Positions 47,201-62,200 are shown, counted from the stretch's first letter. The stretch is DNA of 64,000 nt from Macrostomum hystrix (GCA_950097015.1 CATNEN010000003.1:9734001-9798000), one strand, 5' to 3'. Notes: generated by a model not told the origin, from the sequence alone. Made by a program: numbers and translations.

Positions 47201-50200
47201 TAAGTCTATCTTTGATTTGGGATCTAAGTCTGTCTTTGATTTGGGCTCTAAGTCTGTCTTTGATTTGGGATCTAAGTCTGTCTTTGAGTCGGGATCTAAG
47301 TCTGTCTTTGATTTGGGATATAAGTCTGTCTTTGATTTGGGATCTAAGTCTGTCTTTGAGTTGGGATCTAAGTCTGTCTTTGAGTTGGGATCTAAGTCGT
47401 TTTTGAGTCGGGATCTCAGCATGTCTTTGAGTTGGGATCTAAGACAGTGTTTCAATTGGGATCTAGGCCTGAAACTTATTAGGGATCAAAGCAAGTATCG
47501 TAGAGTTGCAAACATCATTGCCATCCCATCGCTCACAATGCCCCAGTGGAACGCTATCGCATCGAGGTGCACACAGGCGACTGCTACAACGCTGGCACCC
47601 AATCCGAAGTCTACATTCAGCTATTCGGACAGCAAGGTGACACCGGCAGACGGGTCCTGCTGAAGCCAGTCAGCAATGTCAATGGCACTGCTAGCGCGGA
47701 AGCTCCCTTTCAGAAGGGACAGGTGTGGAAATATCCCTTGAATGACCCATTATCCCATATCCCTAGTCACTTTGTCAATCATTAATTTTTATTTCCCTGT
47801 CGCACAGATTGACGTTTTCGAATTGGAATCGGTGAGCCTAGGCCCATTGCGCAAAGTTCTGATTGGTCACAATGGCAAAGGTCCCGGTCACGGCTGGTTT
47901 CTAGACAAGGTCATTGTTTACGAACTGTCGGCACCTAGCGAGGGTCACGCATTTCTGTGCAATCGGTGAGTTGGAGTCAGTAAATTATAATCGATCGTGT
48001 TTTTTACGAATATAAGGTTAGACTGAGATCGTTCATGCAATAAATGATGAAACTAAGTATCAAAAGATGCCTCTAATAAATACAGTTGCTGTATTGTAAA
48101 TCTACGCAGTTTTTTGTCGAAAATCTGCACTCTTTACGTTTTCTAAGAAACGCAGTTTACCGTCCTATTCCTAGTTTTTTTTGCTTCCAAGATGCCTAAA
48201 AGCTTGTCGAAAAAACTTCCAGCTGGCTTGACGAAGGCGAGGATGATGGTCGGATCTCGCGCGAGTTGAAACTTCGCGACACCTTCATGCAGGACCTGCT
48301 GGAGCGTGAATTGTGGGACTACATTAGCTGGGCCTTCGCTGGTGGCAATGTCATCCAGCTCTATAGCAAGGTGACGGAGAAACCGCTGAGAATCAACTCT
48401 GGCGATATTAGCGTTGACGCTAAAGCCGAGGAGAAAGATCCCATGTGTGAGTGCCCGCTATAATCCGGTTGTGCGAGCTGCGATCAGACACCGAGAGCTG
48501 GAGTTTTAGGCTCCGAGGAGGATGGGATGGATGGCAGAGGGACAGAGAGAGAACAGAGGTTTAAGGCTCCGAGGAGGATGAGGTGGATGGCAGAGGGACA
48601 GAGAGAGAACAGGGGTTTTAGGCTCCGAGGAGGATGAGGTGGATGGCAGAGGGACAGAGAGAGAACAGGGGTTTTAGGCTCCGAGGAGGATGACGTGGAT
48701 GGCAGAGGGACAGAGAGAGAACAGGGGTTTTAGGCTCCGAGGAGGATGACGTGGATGGCAGAGGGACAGAGAGAGAACAGGGGTTTTAGGCTCCGAGGAG
48801 GATGACGTGGATGGCAGAGGGACCGAGAGAGAACAGAGGTTTAACGCTCCGAGGAGGATGAGGTGGATGGCAGAGGGACAGAGAGAGAACAGGGGTTTTA
48901 GGCTCCGAGGAGGATGAGGTGGATGGCAGAGGGACAGAGAGAGAACAGGGGTTTTAGGCTCCGAGGAGGATGACGTGGATGGCAGAGGGACCGAGAGACG
49001 GCTGAATTTTTTGTGTGAGGAGAAGGGGGTAATAGCGCATAATGCATGGTTTTTGGGGAGCTATTATATAGTTCTTAAGCTATAGTATACTAAATGTCAA
49101 TAAAATCTCGAGTCACTGGGTGCACTGACTATTAAGTGCACAGATGCATGAAACTCAGTTTTTTTTCAGAGTTTGCTTTTTATCATCCTGCCGTTCAGTT
49201 TTTTAAATAACCAGAGCAAAAGATACACTGTAAGTGCATTCCTAATAAGGGCAAAAGATTGCCTTCGCTAAATCAGAGTTTGCTTTTTATCATCCTGCCG
49301 TTCAGTTTTTTAAATAACCAGAGCAAAAGATACACTGTAAGTGCATTCCTAATAAGGGCAAAAGATTGCCTTCGCTAATTAGGTCAGCCAGATCATTAGC
49401 ACAGAGCATCTGAGCTTGAAAATACGTCGGATAGATAGCTTCGAAAAGATCAGATAAGCAGTATACAGCAATGTTTTTCAACTGCACTATTTACAGCATA
49501 CTTCACTGTGCAAGCCAGGAAGGCGGATGTCAGGCTGTTCCGTAGCACAGCTGCGCCAAAGTGCTACCTGGCAATTGATAATGGACTAATTCTGGGCCAG
49601 GTGAGTGCATGCATTGATTTCTAAATATACTGAATCGATACGTGCATTTGCGAAAAACCTACTCGTATAGTTTATTTAAGGTTGCTTTTCGAAATAACTG
49701 TAAATGCAAACATGAAGCGGTGGGGCTGGCCAATTATAGAAAGCCTTGGGAAAGAGATTTGACCTAGATATTTAGTATGGAGTGAGGTGGTGGGGTGGAG
49801 GCCAGTCAGGAAGGGGCAGGGTAGAGAGTTTTAATCTGCATTATGGAGTGAGGTGGCGCGAAGGCCAATCAGCGATGTTCAGTCGAAAGAATTTTTATCT
49901 GTGGTATGGAGTGAGGTGTCGGGTGCGGAGGCCAATCAGAGAGGGCCAGAGGAGAGATTTATAATTTGTAATATTAAGTGAGATGGTGGGTGCGGTGAGA
50001 AGTATGTTACATAAAATTAGTACTTTGTCCATGTGGCTTGAAGTGAAGATTTGGCTTTACGAGGCAAGCAATTCGTGCAATATTGCAAGCGAAATCTCTG
50101 ACGATTTTTTAATAAATCCATAAATATGACGCTCAGCTTTCTAGAGCAGGTGGTTCATGTTTCTTTTCTATCGCAGGAAATTGCGTTGCTAAAGCTTTCC

Positions 50201-53200
50201 TAAAAGAAGTGCTCGCAAATTATCAAAGCCGTTTGGCCACTTACAGGTAGTTAGTTATTAGCAGCATTTAGCAGCCGCAAAGCTGCCTTGCAATTTGCGT
50301 AGCGGGCTGCCGAGGTAAAAAAACTAGAGGCACAATTACAAAGATTTCAGATGCTTAAACAAAAGAGAGTTAATAGGGCTAATAGGATCATTTGCCTCTC
50401 ATCAGAGTGCCTGTTATTATCAGAAAAGTTTCGCTTTTGTCGGTGAGCCAGATTTTGAGTCAGGAGATTTTATTGTGTATAGGTCGGTTTGCTAAGGACC
50501 TAAATCCATGAGGAGGATTTATCTAGGAGAATTAGGGTACCTCAAATCTGTCCAACCAAATTCACCCGAAGATACACAAAGGTTACCGATTGCTACAGCT
50601 GGTTGAACTGAAACACTACGAAATTCAGTATCTCGCTCAAGTATTGCTTCTCTTGAGCTGAGATTCGAACCCACGACCTCGCGATTTGAACTCCTGACCC
50701 CGGAAATTCGAACTCCCGACCTCGGAAGTTCCAAAACCCGGGACCCACTGGGGGGCGCCACTACTAGGGGGGCGCCACTACCACATGGGGGCGCCACTAT
50801 TCGCGCCACATAATTTCGTCTGCCGATTTAGGGGGCCGCGCCCCTAATCACTGTAGAGTATTTATCGTCGAAAACAATTTTCCTAAACGTTTTCTAAGAA
50901 ACGCAGTTTCCCGTCCTTCTACTCATAGTAGTCCTTGAGTTTTGCTCATCTGCCCTGACTATTTTTAGCGTCAGCCAGTGTGCTCACTCGTTACCGCCTC
51001 ATAACTGTCGCACCTTCCCAGGGCAAAGGAGGCGCCCTGTGCGAGTTTCGTGTCCGCATCCAGCCGGACCGCTCCGTGGTGCTGGAATCTTCGCGGCACA
51101 GCCTCCAGCAGATCAACATCGGTGCTGACGGTGAGCCGGTGGATCCGCGCCACTGGAAGGGAGCCTCAACCGGGCCAGGCAAGCTGTTCGTGCCCTACTG
51201 CAAGGGTATGCTGCGCCATCGCGGCATCGTTCTGTTCAGCACCTCGCTGACGCAGACTCTGTCCGTTGATCACGACAACGGCGTCCACGGCACCGGGAAG
51301 CGCAATCGAATGTCGCACTTTCGGGTGCACAAAGTTGAAGGCGACTCTGGAGTGCGGCAGTTCGAATCCGTTGTTTTTGCTGAGCAGTTTCTCAGAATCA
51401 AAGACGGACAATGCGACTGCAAGGTGAGGCTTTCCATATGTATAAAGCGGCGCCCAAACATGTACATCTGGCCTGACTTTATCAACGTTGGATTAGTTTA
51501 GGAAATAGTGGTTTAAGAAATCACGATCGCTTCAGAGCAAAAAATATAGATTATTCTGTTTACAATGCTTAATATTTTATAGTTTCGAGCGTAGGTCAAC
51601 AGTAATAATTAATTTCAACACCTGCCTAATTAGTCTGCTTTCTATAGATCAATTATCGCATTTTTTCACCCGCCTAGGGCACCGGAGATATTTACTGCTA
51701 CTTCAAAGTGGAAAAGTACAAAGACAAAGGCTTTGTAACGCTGGAGTGCCTCGGTGCCAAGGGTCTGTTTATAGGATTCGCTCCCGATGGCCGGGTTATT
51801 GCCACCGAGGATCACGGAGAGTCCAATGTGCGACTCGTGCCCGAAGTTATCCAGTGTGAGATTTATTTACTTTTTTGCTTTTTTAATTTTTAGATCCATT
51901 ACGACTTGAGGATTATAAATAATTATTTTTCAAGCAAGTTTAGCTTGATTAACCGATGTACATTCGGGGAAGGAGGTTGAGGATGATTCATCAATGTACA
52001 TTCGGGGAAGGAGGTTGAGGATGATTCATCAATGTACATTCGGGGAAGGAGGTTGAGGATGATTCATCAATGTACATATGGGGAAGGAGGTTGAGAATGA
52101 TTCAGCAGTGTACACTCTGGTAAGGAATGTTAACATTTGTGCAGTCCTAGGGTAGGCAGTAAGTCTGACTTGGATAATAATCACGCGCCCTACGCTAATC
52201 CTACAGTCGGCCAATCAAAGAACCTGGATCCCAGCGCAGCCATTGAAGCAGCCAACAGTGCCAGACAAGAGGAGAAATCTTCGGCTCCGCCGGAACCAGC
52301 GCCGGAGCCAGCCGCGGTAGAGGCGGCCGCCGACGAGGGTACATCCGCGACGACTGAAGCCACCGATTCGCCCGATACTTGGCGACTCCTGTTGGACACG
52401 GAGGAGGCCTGCGTCGGCGGCCGGCTGACGTTATTTGCTTACGGCGACGCTGGCATGGTGGGACCCATCGCTGTGGCAGCCGCCGGAGAGGGAGCCCTGG
52501 CCGCAGCCAGTCAGGACGAGTTCCAGGTGAACCTGGAAGTTAAAATCAGAAGGATATTGGAAAGATCGAATATAAAGGGATGCGGCGAGCTGTATCAAAG
52601 CTATATCAGAAATGAAGGGGATCAGAGGGATATCGGATGGGAAGGGGATCATAGGGATATCAGAAGGGATGGGGATCACTGGGATATAATATGAGACACT
52701 AGATTAGGTTCCTAAAACAACTCCGTCACAACTCAAACACCCGGTGGATCTCGCAGGTGAGCCTGCCGGGCACAGGAGCTCTGTACAAGCTCCGCCTTCA
52801 GCTGTCGCCCCTAGTTGAGTCCGCGGCACCGTCGGCAGTCTGGTCTGTGAGTCGAGTTCAGCTCACGCAGTCTGGCAAGCCGGCCGACAAAAGTTTTGAC
52901 GCGTCCTTCGTCGACAGCGGGTCGAAACGGTTGGTTGTTAACGGCGATGGCGATTTAATTGACTCCAGCTGCCTCGAGTTGGCAACGCGGCCCGACCTTG
53001 GCCTCGTTGAATATCGACTGGATCTGGGCACAGACGTGGGACAAGAGGTCGGCTATGTCGGGCGCATCGGGGTCTGCCTAGTCGGTGACAGAGGCGACAG
53101 CGGACGAAGGAGCTTCAGCGGCCTGCGGCTGACCACGGGAGAGGTGCGTTATATTAGAAGAAAAGTTTATTTAGGAATTAAAGAGGAGGATTCAGGAATC

Positions 53201-56200
53201 AATCAAGTGGATTTAGGAATAGGTGAGGTGGATTTAGGAATCGATGAGGTGGATTTAGGAATCAATTAAGTGGATTTAGCAATCGATGAGGTGGATTTAG
53301 GAATCAATTAAGTGGATTTAGCAATCGATGAAGTGGATTTAGGAATCAATTAAGTGGATTTTGGAATCAATGAGGGGGATTTAGGAATCAATTGAGTGGA
53401 TTTAGGAATCAATTAAAAGGATTTAGGAATCAATGAGGGGGATTTAGGAATCAATTAAGTGGATTTAGCAATCGATGAGGTGGATTTAGGAATCAATTAG
53501 GTGGATTTAGCAATCGATGAGGTGGATTTAGGAATCAATTAAGTGGATTTAGGAACGATGAAGGGGATTGAGGAATCAAAGAGGGCATCTAGGAATCCTT
53601 TAGGATGATTGGGCAATAAATGCAGATTTTATTAGCAACGTCAAGAAAGAAGTGTCTCAAGTCACAGTAAGAACAGAGTAATCAATTGAGGTGCTCGATT
53701 TCCGCAGACTCTGGCCCTAAAGCTGCACGCCGTTGACTTGGGACGCCTTGTCCGCTGCCATGTTTCTGTAGACCTCGATGCCAGCGCTGACGAAGCAGCC
53801 TCGCCGTGGCACTGCGGCCAGGTGGTCGTGTCAGCCGGTGGCGCTAACGGCGTTCAATTTTCAACCAATCAGCACCAGCCTGAGCTGAGACGCAGCCAGG
53901 GAAAGCTGGATTATATTCTGAGGCCGATTGGTAAGTTTTATAAAATACAGAACTGAGTTTGACTTAAAAGTCCAGTGACTTTTGAAACTGAATTTAATCG
54001 AAAATTAACCTAAATAGTTGGCACTTAGTGATATGATGACATGAAAATTAATGAAAAAATACTTCTAGCTTGCTTACTACTCTACTGAAAGTGGCAGTAT
54101 GCGGATAAACATTATTTCATTTTCAAGTGCGTGTTCCTCTACTAATAGTAGAAATATAAATAATTTATTGAAGAATATTTGAAATCTGAATAAAAATACA
54201 GCCTATAAAACCGTCAAATATATATTCGTGTAATTATCGCAGATATGGAGCAGGCAGTGAACGAATTGGTCACTGAGGCTATCAGCTCGGCTTTAAAGGA
54301 AATCAATTCCGATGCTGAACAAAAACTCAGAGGTGAAAATCTGCTTAGAAATTTTTTCCTTGGTGGAAGCATCAAATCTTTTTTGTTGATATCTGGCAAA
54401 TTGAATTTACTTTACATTAGATACCACCACCACTATGATTCCATTTTGAGCCACGTTGAAACTTTTTGACACTTTTTTGTTTCAATTATTGCTTTTAATC
54501 CTGCAAAATCAGCAAATCATCAAGTACGTGAACTCGTATAAATATAATAAGTGCTTCGTTTCTAAATGACAAATATGAAGTCATACCACGCTATTTGTAT
54601 AGGCTACAAATTACTTAAATTTCTGGATATTTCAACATGCCAAATTTCAACTATTCCTTTTTATTGTGAAAAGCCTAAATTGAGTTTATTTCAATCTTTG
54701 TGTTAATAGATTCGTTCTAAAATTTGCGAATCGACAATTGAATCTATCATTTTCTTGCGGAAAGAAATACGTTTAAAATTTCTGTTAGAGGCAAAAAATG
54801 TTTTTTGTCGCTATGAAAACACGCGTTTGTATGTCACGGGTTTTTTACTTAGAAACAACGAATGCCTGTCATTTCAACAGCCGCCCACACGTTCCTTTCA
54901 GAAGACGAAGAGCCTGAATTAGCTCATCTGGCGGAAGGTGAGTGCATGACTGTGATATGGTTTTATTTCATATGGCTTCGTTATTTTATCGAACTTCATT
55001 TTGAGCGCCAATTCGAATAGGATGTAGCAGCAGATATAAAAAAATAAAATCTATATAGACTAATTGCTTCAAGTAAGCCACTTCTCAATAGATTATCAAT
55101 CGAAATTGTGGTTATTATGCAGTTGCATGATTTTGCTGAATGATTATGTTCTATTAGTTATTACTCTATCTATTATTACTCAGATTTGTAAGCGAATTAC
55201 CACAGAAAAAAACTTTCATTTCCATTCAGATCCTTCAGAGGAGCCGACGGTTACCGAAGAAGACTCAATCGATCTTCTAGCCAAAGAAGGTAAATGAGTA
55301 TAGATCAAATCATAAATACTAAAACTTTCCACTGCACTCGAAAGTATGTGGCTTTCACTTGATCATAAAATAAAAATGGTAACAAAATATTTTTCCGAAT
55401 CAATATGATTGAGCAGAATTTTTTATATAAATTGTATTTTGCAGCCAAGTTTCTAGTTGATGACATTGCTGAGCAAGTGGCCAAGAGAATGGAAGGGCTT
55501 CGTGAAGGTATTCAAAATTGCAGCATTTCTAAATATAAGTTATCAATTTAAACTTGCTCCGCATTAAATTCGTTTACTGATTATGCTTTCAAAACTAACC
55601 GCATAGATTTAGAAATAACAATAGATCGAGCGCAGTAGTGTCCTAACAAATCGCTACAATATTGCAATTTAAATTAACAACATTAATTTAAATTAGCGCG
55701 AATTTTTTTATCGTAGTCATTAAAACTATTTTACGTACTCGTATTTTAATCACGCGTAATTTGGAAAATTAAGACGAAAACACTATAATACACTCTAATA
55801 TTATTCTTGTTTTTCTTACTAAAGGAACTTTATTTAGTTTAACTTTGAAAGCCGGCTTTTTAATAATTAAGCACTAAATACAAAGACATGATTATTTTCG
55901 AATAATATGTTGCGTAACAAATTTTATTTCTTTGTATATAATTGATGTGGTCTTGTGCATAGCAGTAAATATACGCGTACATGTGTTATTGTGAACGAAA
56001 AGTCAGACGAAAGTTCTAACAGGAAATCTTAGAATGTTTGCCTCATGTTAACGAGCTGTTTGTAGTCTTTGCACACGCATTTTCTTCAACTAAATAAAAA
56101 AATTGTTAGAGCGAATTGATAAACTAACTTACTATTTGAATTAAGTTATATTTTAATTTGTCCGTGATTCACATCGGATATGCTTTCAGTACCATGGCTG

Positions 56201-59200
56201 TTTTCAAAGATCTGTGACCATAATGATTGGAACGGATTTGAAAATGTACGTACGTTCGTGGAATGCAGGTATATTGTTGCATCACTAGTGGGCACTGTGA
56301 TGTGCTTCAGTGCTGAAAAAGTACTAAAATAGTTTTATTTGTTTTTCAGCTATTTTTTTAAGTTTCCTTGACCTGCAATAATTGTTAAATGAATAAAGCG
56401 TCTTTTCAATTTTATATTTTCCTTTGACTAGCTACATCGTAAAACTGTCTGTTTTAAAAAGTTTTTTCTATTTTTTTTCTGAGCTATTTTTTACTATTCA
56501 TTCAAAGTTTGCTTGGATGTAATATTTTTTCTGTGTGCAAACGATTTATTTATTTGGACAAAACTCGAATTAGCTAGTAAACCAGATTTCTCATCGAAAA
56601 GATCCAAAACTTTTCTAGAAGTTCTGACGTTTGTTCAGTTGAAGTTAATTCATATTGTCTCTATAACTTAGAATTCACTGGTTGTTTCTAGCTCTGATGA
56701 CACCTAAGCCCTAGAAAATTTTTTATAAGACCTACATTCCCCACTATACCACTCGAGGAAGTAATTTGTAAAAGAACGCTTTGCGTACTCAAACTATGTT
56801 TAGTAAGTGTTAAAACAGATTGGCTTAAGGAATGCTCGTTCTTCAACAGTTTAAAAAGCCTGAACTTCAGTTTACAACCATCTTACTTCGACAGTTTTTA
56901 ACGTTCATACTTCAGTTTAAAACGTTCATACTTCAGTTTAAAACGCTCATACTTCAGTTTAAAACGCTCATACTTCAGTTTAAAACGTTCATACTTCAGT
57001 TTAAAACGCTCATACTTCAGTTTACAACGCTCATACTTCAGTTTAAAACGTTCATACTTCAGTTTACAACGTTCATACTTCAGTTTAAAACGCTCATTAC
57101 TTCAGTTTACAACGCTCATTACTTCAGTTTACAACGCTTGTGCTTTAGTTTAAAACGCTCATACTTTAGTTTACAACGCTCACTTTAGTTCACAACGCTC
57201 ATACTTCACTTTACAACGCTCATACTTTTGTTTACAACGCTCATACTTTAGTTTACACCGCTCATACTTCACTTTACAACGCTCATACTTTTGTTTACAA
57301 CGCTCATACTTTTGTTTACAACGCTCATACTTTAGTTTACACCGCTCATACTTCACTTTATAACGCTCATACTTTTGTTTACAACGCTCATACTTTAGTT
57401 TACACCGCTCATACTTCACTTTACAACGCTCATACTTTTGTTTACAACGCTCACTTTAGTTTACAACGCTCATACTTTAGTTTAAACCGCTCATACTTCA
57501 CTTTACAACGCTCATACTTTAGTTTACAACGCTCATACTTTTGTTTACAACGCTCACTTTAGTTTACAACGCTCATACTTTTGTTTACAACGCTCACTTT
57601 AGTTCACAACGCTCATACTTTAGTTTACAACGCTCATACTTTTGTTTACAACGCTCACTTTAGTTTACAACGCTCATACTTTTGTTTACAACGCTCACTT
57701 TAGTTCACAACGCTCATACTTTAGTTTACAACGCTCACTTTAGTTCACAACGCTCATACTTTAGTTTACAACGCTCATACTTTTGTTTACAACGCTCACT
57801 TTAGTTTACAACGCTCACTTTAGTTTACAACGCTCACTTTAGTTCACAATGCTCATACTTTAGTTTACAACGCTCATACTTCAGTTTACAACGCTCATAC
57901 TTTAGTTTACAACGCTCATACTTTTGTTTACAACGCTCACTTTAGTTTACAACGCTCATACTTTAGTTTACACCGCTCATACTTCACTTTACAACGCTCA
58001 CTTTAGTTCACAACGCTCATACTTTAGTTTACAACGCTCATACTTTAGTTTACACCGCTCATACTTCACTTTACAACGCTCACTTTAGTTCACAACGCTC
58101 ATACTTTTGTTTACAACGCTCATACTTTTGTTTACAACGCTCATACTTCAGTTTACAACGCTCACTTTAATTCCTTTAGTTTAAAACGCTCATACTTCAG
58201 TTTACAACGCTCATACTTTAGTTTACAACGCTCATACTTCAGTTTACAACGCTCATACTTCAGTTTACAACGATTATAATTCAGTTTACACATTATGCTC
58301 ATCCACTGATCTAATGCTAGAATTTTTTCAATCGAACAAGTTTTCCCCTCCTAGGAAATATTTTACGAAATATTTTACTTAGTAAAAATCGCATGTTTTC
58401 TATCTGAAATTGTACATTCTCTTTGATATGTTAGATCGTTCCAAATTGTGACAAGTCTATATTTAGGTAGCTTTTCTAAACATTGTTCCTAATGGCATTG
58501 GCGTAGAATAAAAAAAATTTTTTACATTTCCAGGAGACCAAGCTGCAGCCAAACCTGGAGGTGAGTTGCTTTTTTATTATTTTTTTTATCAGCTCAGAAA
58601 AGTTTTACAGAAAGTCGACTCGAAAGAAAACTCGATTACAACAAAATAGTGCTAGTATAAAAAGATACAATTAAACGAATAATCAAGTTTCAAATGCTAA
58701 TAAATTTAACACATCTATATAAAACTGTTGATAAAATCTAACTACTCTACTTATAACATAATTATTAGTAGCAATATAAGAGTGTGTTTTATTCATTGAA
58801 TATTTTGCGCAATCACTAAGTGACTTCTTTTTCACCCTCTCACTCCATTCGACACGCCCAAATCGTCCAGATGAAAGCAGCCAAAATGAGACCTGAAATT
58901 TATAATCATGGCTGATATATTATATGGACTAACAGTCTGCCCTTGTCTTGATTTCTTATGCATGCAATAAATTGAGTCTTCGCAGTAAGAGACCGTCTTT
59001 ACGGCTGTGAGCCAATTCAGGCCGAGAGTCAAAATATATTTAAGTTTAACAGAGCGATAAGGAAGGGGGGTTGGCGGTACGATAACAAGAGTGCGCGACT
59101 GAGGGTAGGAGAGGAGGCTAGAACGTGAGCGGCGGACCAATCAGAGAGGAGAAAAGAAAGAAAGGATAGAGAATGAGAGATCAGCCGCAGAGATAACGAG

Positions 59201-62200
59201 AGAGAAAGAACTAGATTGAACTGGACGATGTAAACAAGAAAAGTGCAGAGAACGAAAGAGTGAATAGAGGACAGAAGGCAAGACGAAAGTCGCGACAGCC
59301 CTTGATCATATTAATATACTCTACACTGATTCAAATCGATTTTTTATCTTACATGAAAATGACTTATATTTTGTGTCAATTCAAATCTAAACAGTAAACA
59401 TCTATGCTTATTAAGCTCTTGCTTCTTAAAGATTTGCTAAACTCTCAGCTCTATCTGAAACTTGAATACGGTAAAACTAGATCCTAGAAGGAATTTCTCC
59501 AATTGGTTGACAGTCTTTTTTTAAAACGAACGCGTCAAATTTGATTTTTAAATAAAAACGGATTCCTCCTTGGAAAAAAATATATAATTGGGCCAGATGT
59601 GCAACCAGTCGTTGAGCGTACAGTCTGTGGACTGGGGAGGGGGCGCCACAGGCCGCTCACGATTTTCTAAAACATCTTACTACTGAACGAATTGAAGCAA
59701 TTTTATGAGTTTAGTCATCCTTTGGTGACATTGGACCCGCAGCCAGCCAGGAGGCAATTCTGCCCATTTCGCTGACTCCTGAGCACACACGCACACAGAT
59801 ACTGTACGCAGGCACACACTCACACAGGTGTGTACATCTGCCCTGACTTTCTCATCGTCAGGCAGTGCCTTGGAGGCAAGACACTTATCTCTTGATTGGA
59901 TTGCTTCAGCCAGCTGTTAAAATTGGGTCCCATTATTTGCTGGGATAATTTTGGATGGATGTGGCGTCCCAATAGTCCATGGACTGAACGGTCGTACGCA
60001 GCCTTAGCTGCGGCTGTGCTGTCGGCTGTGAAAGGAGTTAGTTTTTCGCAGTTCGAAATAGATAAATATTTACAATTCTAAATTCTGAGCTTGAAAATTT
60101 TGATTCCGATGACTAAAGTAGATAGATATTGTATTCAGATGCGCTGGTCGCTGTGTTAAAAATCCATCTTTTTATTGCGTTAATTGAAACTGAATTGATT
60201 CCATATTTTTATCGACTAAATTTTACGTAACTCTTTGATTTAAAATAGACGACGACAGGAAAATTAATTTATTCAGTCAAGGTGACTTAACTTTCTGAAT
60301 AGTTAAACAAAAAAGTTTGCTCGCAACTTTATTTTAGTCCCATCGTTTTTATACTTGGAATGATATAGTACTTGGATATGATACTTGGATGATAAATACT
60401 GCTTGCTTAAGTGTTTTTTAGCTTCCCATGAAAGTAGAAAAAGAAACAATTTTATTTATCTCTGCTCAAATCTGTGCTTATCTTGAAAATTAATCTGCAT
60501 GGCAACGGAATCGAATTTGTTCGCAGAGCACGACTGGCATCTGACAGTGAGCACAGGCTCAACTGGCTGCTCACCTGACTGCGAGCTGTTTATTCAGGTG
60601 TACGGCTTAACTGGCAAGTCCGACAATATTCGCTTGAAATCTGTTCAGCAGCATCTCCGGCTGCATCCAGACTGCGACGCCGACCTGCCGTTCAAGCTGA
60701 AAGCTGCCGAGCTTGGCCAGCTGTATAAACTGCGTATCAGCGCCTCGGACGATCGAGACGAGAACGAATGGTTTGTCAAACAGGTGAGTCACCTGAGCGA
60801 CATTCTTCGTTAGCCCTTTAGGCTGAGAATCAAATATACGAGCTAATAAAATAAGCGATAAGGAGGGGACTGAAGGGTGTAAGGAGTGCGGACGAGCCAG
60901 AGGGTAAGGGCTGAAAAGTACGTATGGGGTGAGGAAAGAGAGACGAACGGCGAGCCAATCAGAGACGAGAGAGAGGAAAGAGAGCTAAGAAGTTAAACGT
61001 ATCAGAGGGAGAGAGGAAAAAGTACTATAAAAGGGCACGCAAGCGTACAATTACAGAAAGGAAGAGGAATAGGAGCCGTAGTAAAGATTACTAATATAGT
61101 ATGGGTTGCATCATAAATCCATCATGAGCTTAAGTTCGCGGCGAGGCCACATTAAAATGTTGAAGCAGATGTACACACATGGAAAGTAGCTCCTTAATCT
61201 CATGATAGAAATAACTAAAATAACAACAATAATCATAATAAAAATATTTGCAGGGGCTGCGGGCAATGACACATCATTTGGTGCACACAAGACCCGCAGC
61301 CAGCGAGGAAACTATTTTGCCCATTTCGCTGACTCCTGAGCACACACGCACACATATACTTAACGCAGGCACACACTCACACAAGTGTGTACATCTACTA
61401 TGACTTTCTCATCGTCAGGCAGTGTACACTCTCAGTGTGCATTGGAGGTTGGCCCTCATTGGCGTAAATTGCACGACAAGCGCCCAAAGCCTTCTCTCTG
61501 TGGCTGCGCCCCAAATAAATGTGGCCTCGCCGCGGAATCGAGCTCAGGGACCTTGGTGGGAGAGGAAAACGCGTTAACCGCTCTGCCACTGACGCCCTCT
61601 CGTGATAAAGATAATTGACATAGCAACCGCCCGCGCAGGTGTCACTGGAGCATCGATCTGCACCATTCGAGAAGTTCCACTGCCCAGTAGGTGAATGGTT
61701 CGGTCGATGTCGAGAGCCATTGCACGAGGTATCTCACGAGCTGCCACTGCTGCAGGATTTGGAAGGTGAGTTGATAAACATAAAAATAACAAATTGGCAT
61801 GATGGTACAAAAGTAACAAAACACAGCACTTTCGTATCTTCACAGTGCTGAGCTACACAGTGGAGATTGAGAATGCTCACACTGTACCATCGCCGGCTTC
61901 GCGACCCTACGTGCAGCTCCTGGGCAGTCGCGGCGACTCCGGCCATCGCCGTCTTCACCGCCAATCGAACGACGCCCAGACATCGTCGCCATTGACGCCG
62001 GACGCTGTCGACGCATTCAGAATCGACTGCGTCGACCTAGACCGTCTGGTAGGCGTTCGAGTTGGCCTAGAAAAACCTCAACCGGACGACGCCTGGCTTT
62101 TCGACACAGTCAGGGTCAGCGTGCCGCAGCGCCCGGAGCTCGGCGTCCAAGTTTTCAGCAACACCAGCGCCGAACTGGGACCCGACGTGGCCTCCGTGGA

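Noticed and set aside
61290-61335. HDV-like ribozyme (TCCTCGCT loop) in the SINE family 2 3' part
   Set aside because: P1/P1.1/P2 pairings could not be built; the segment pairs instead as a gtcagcga/tcgctggc hairpin.
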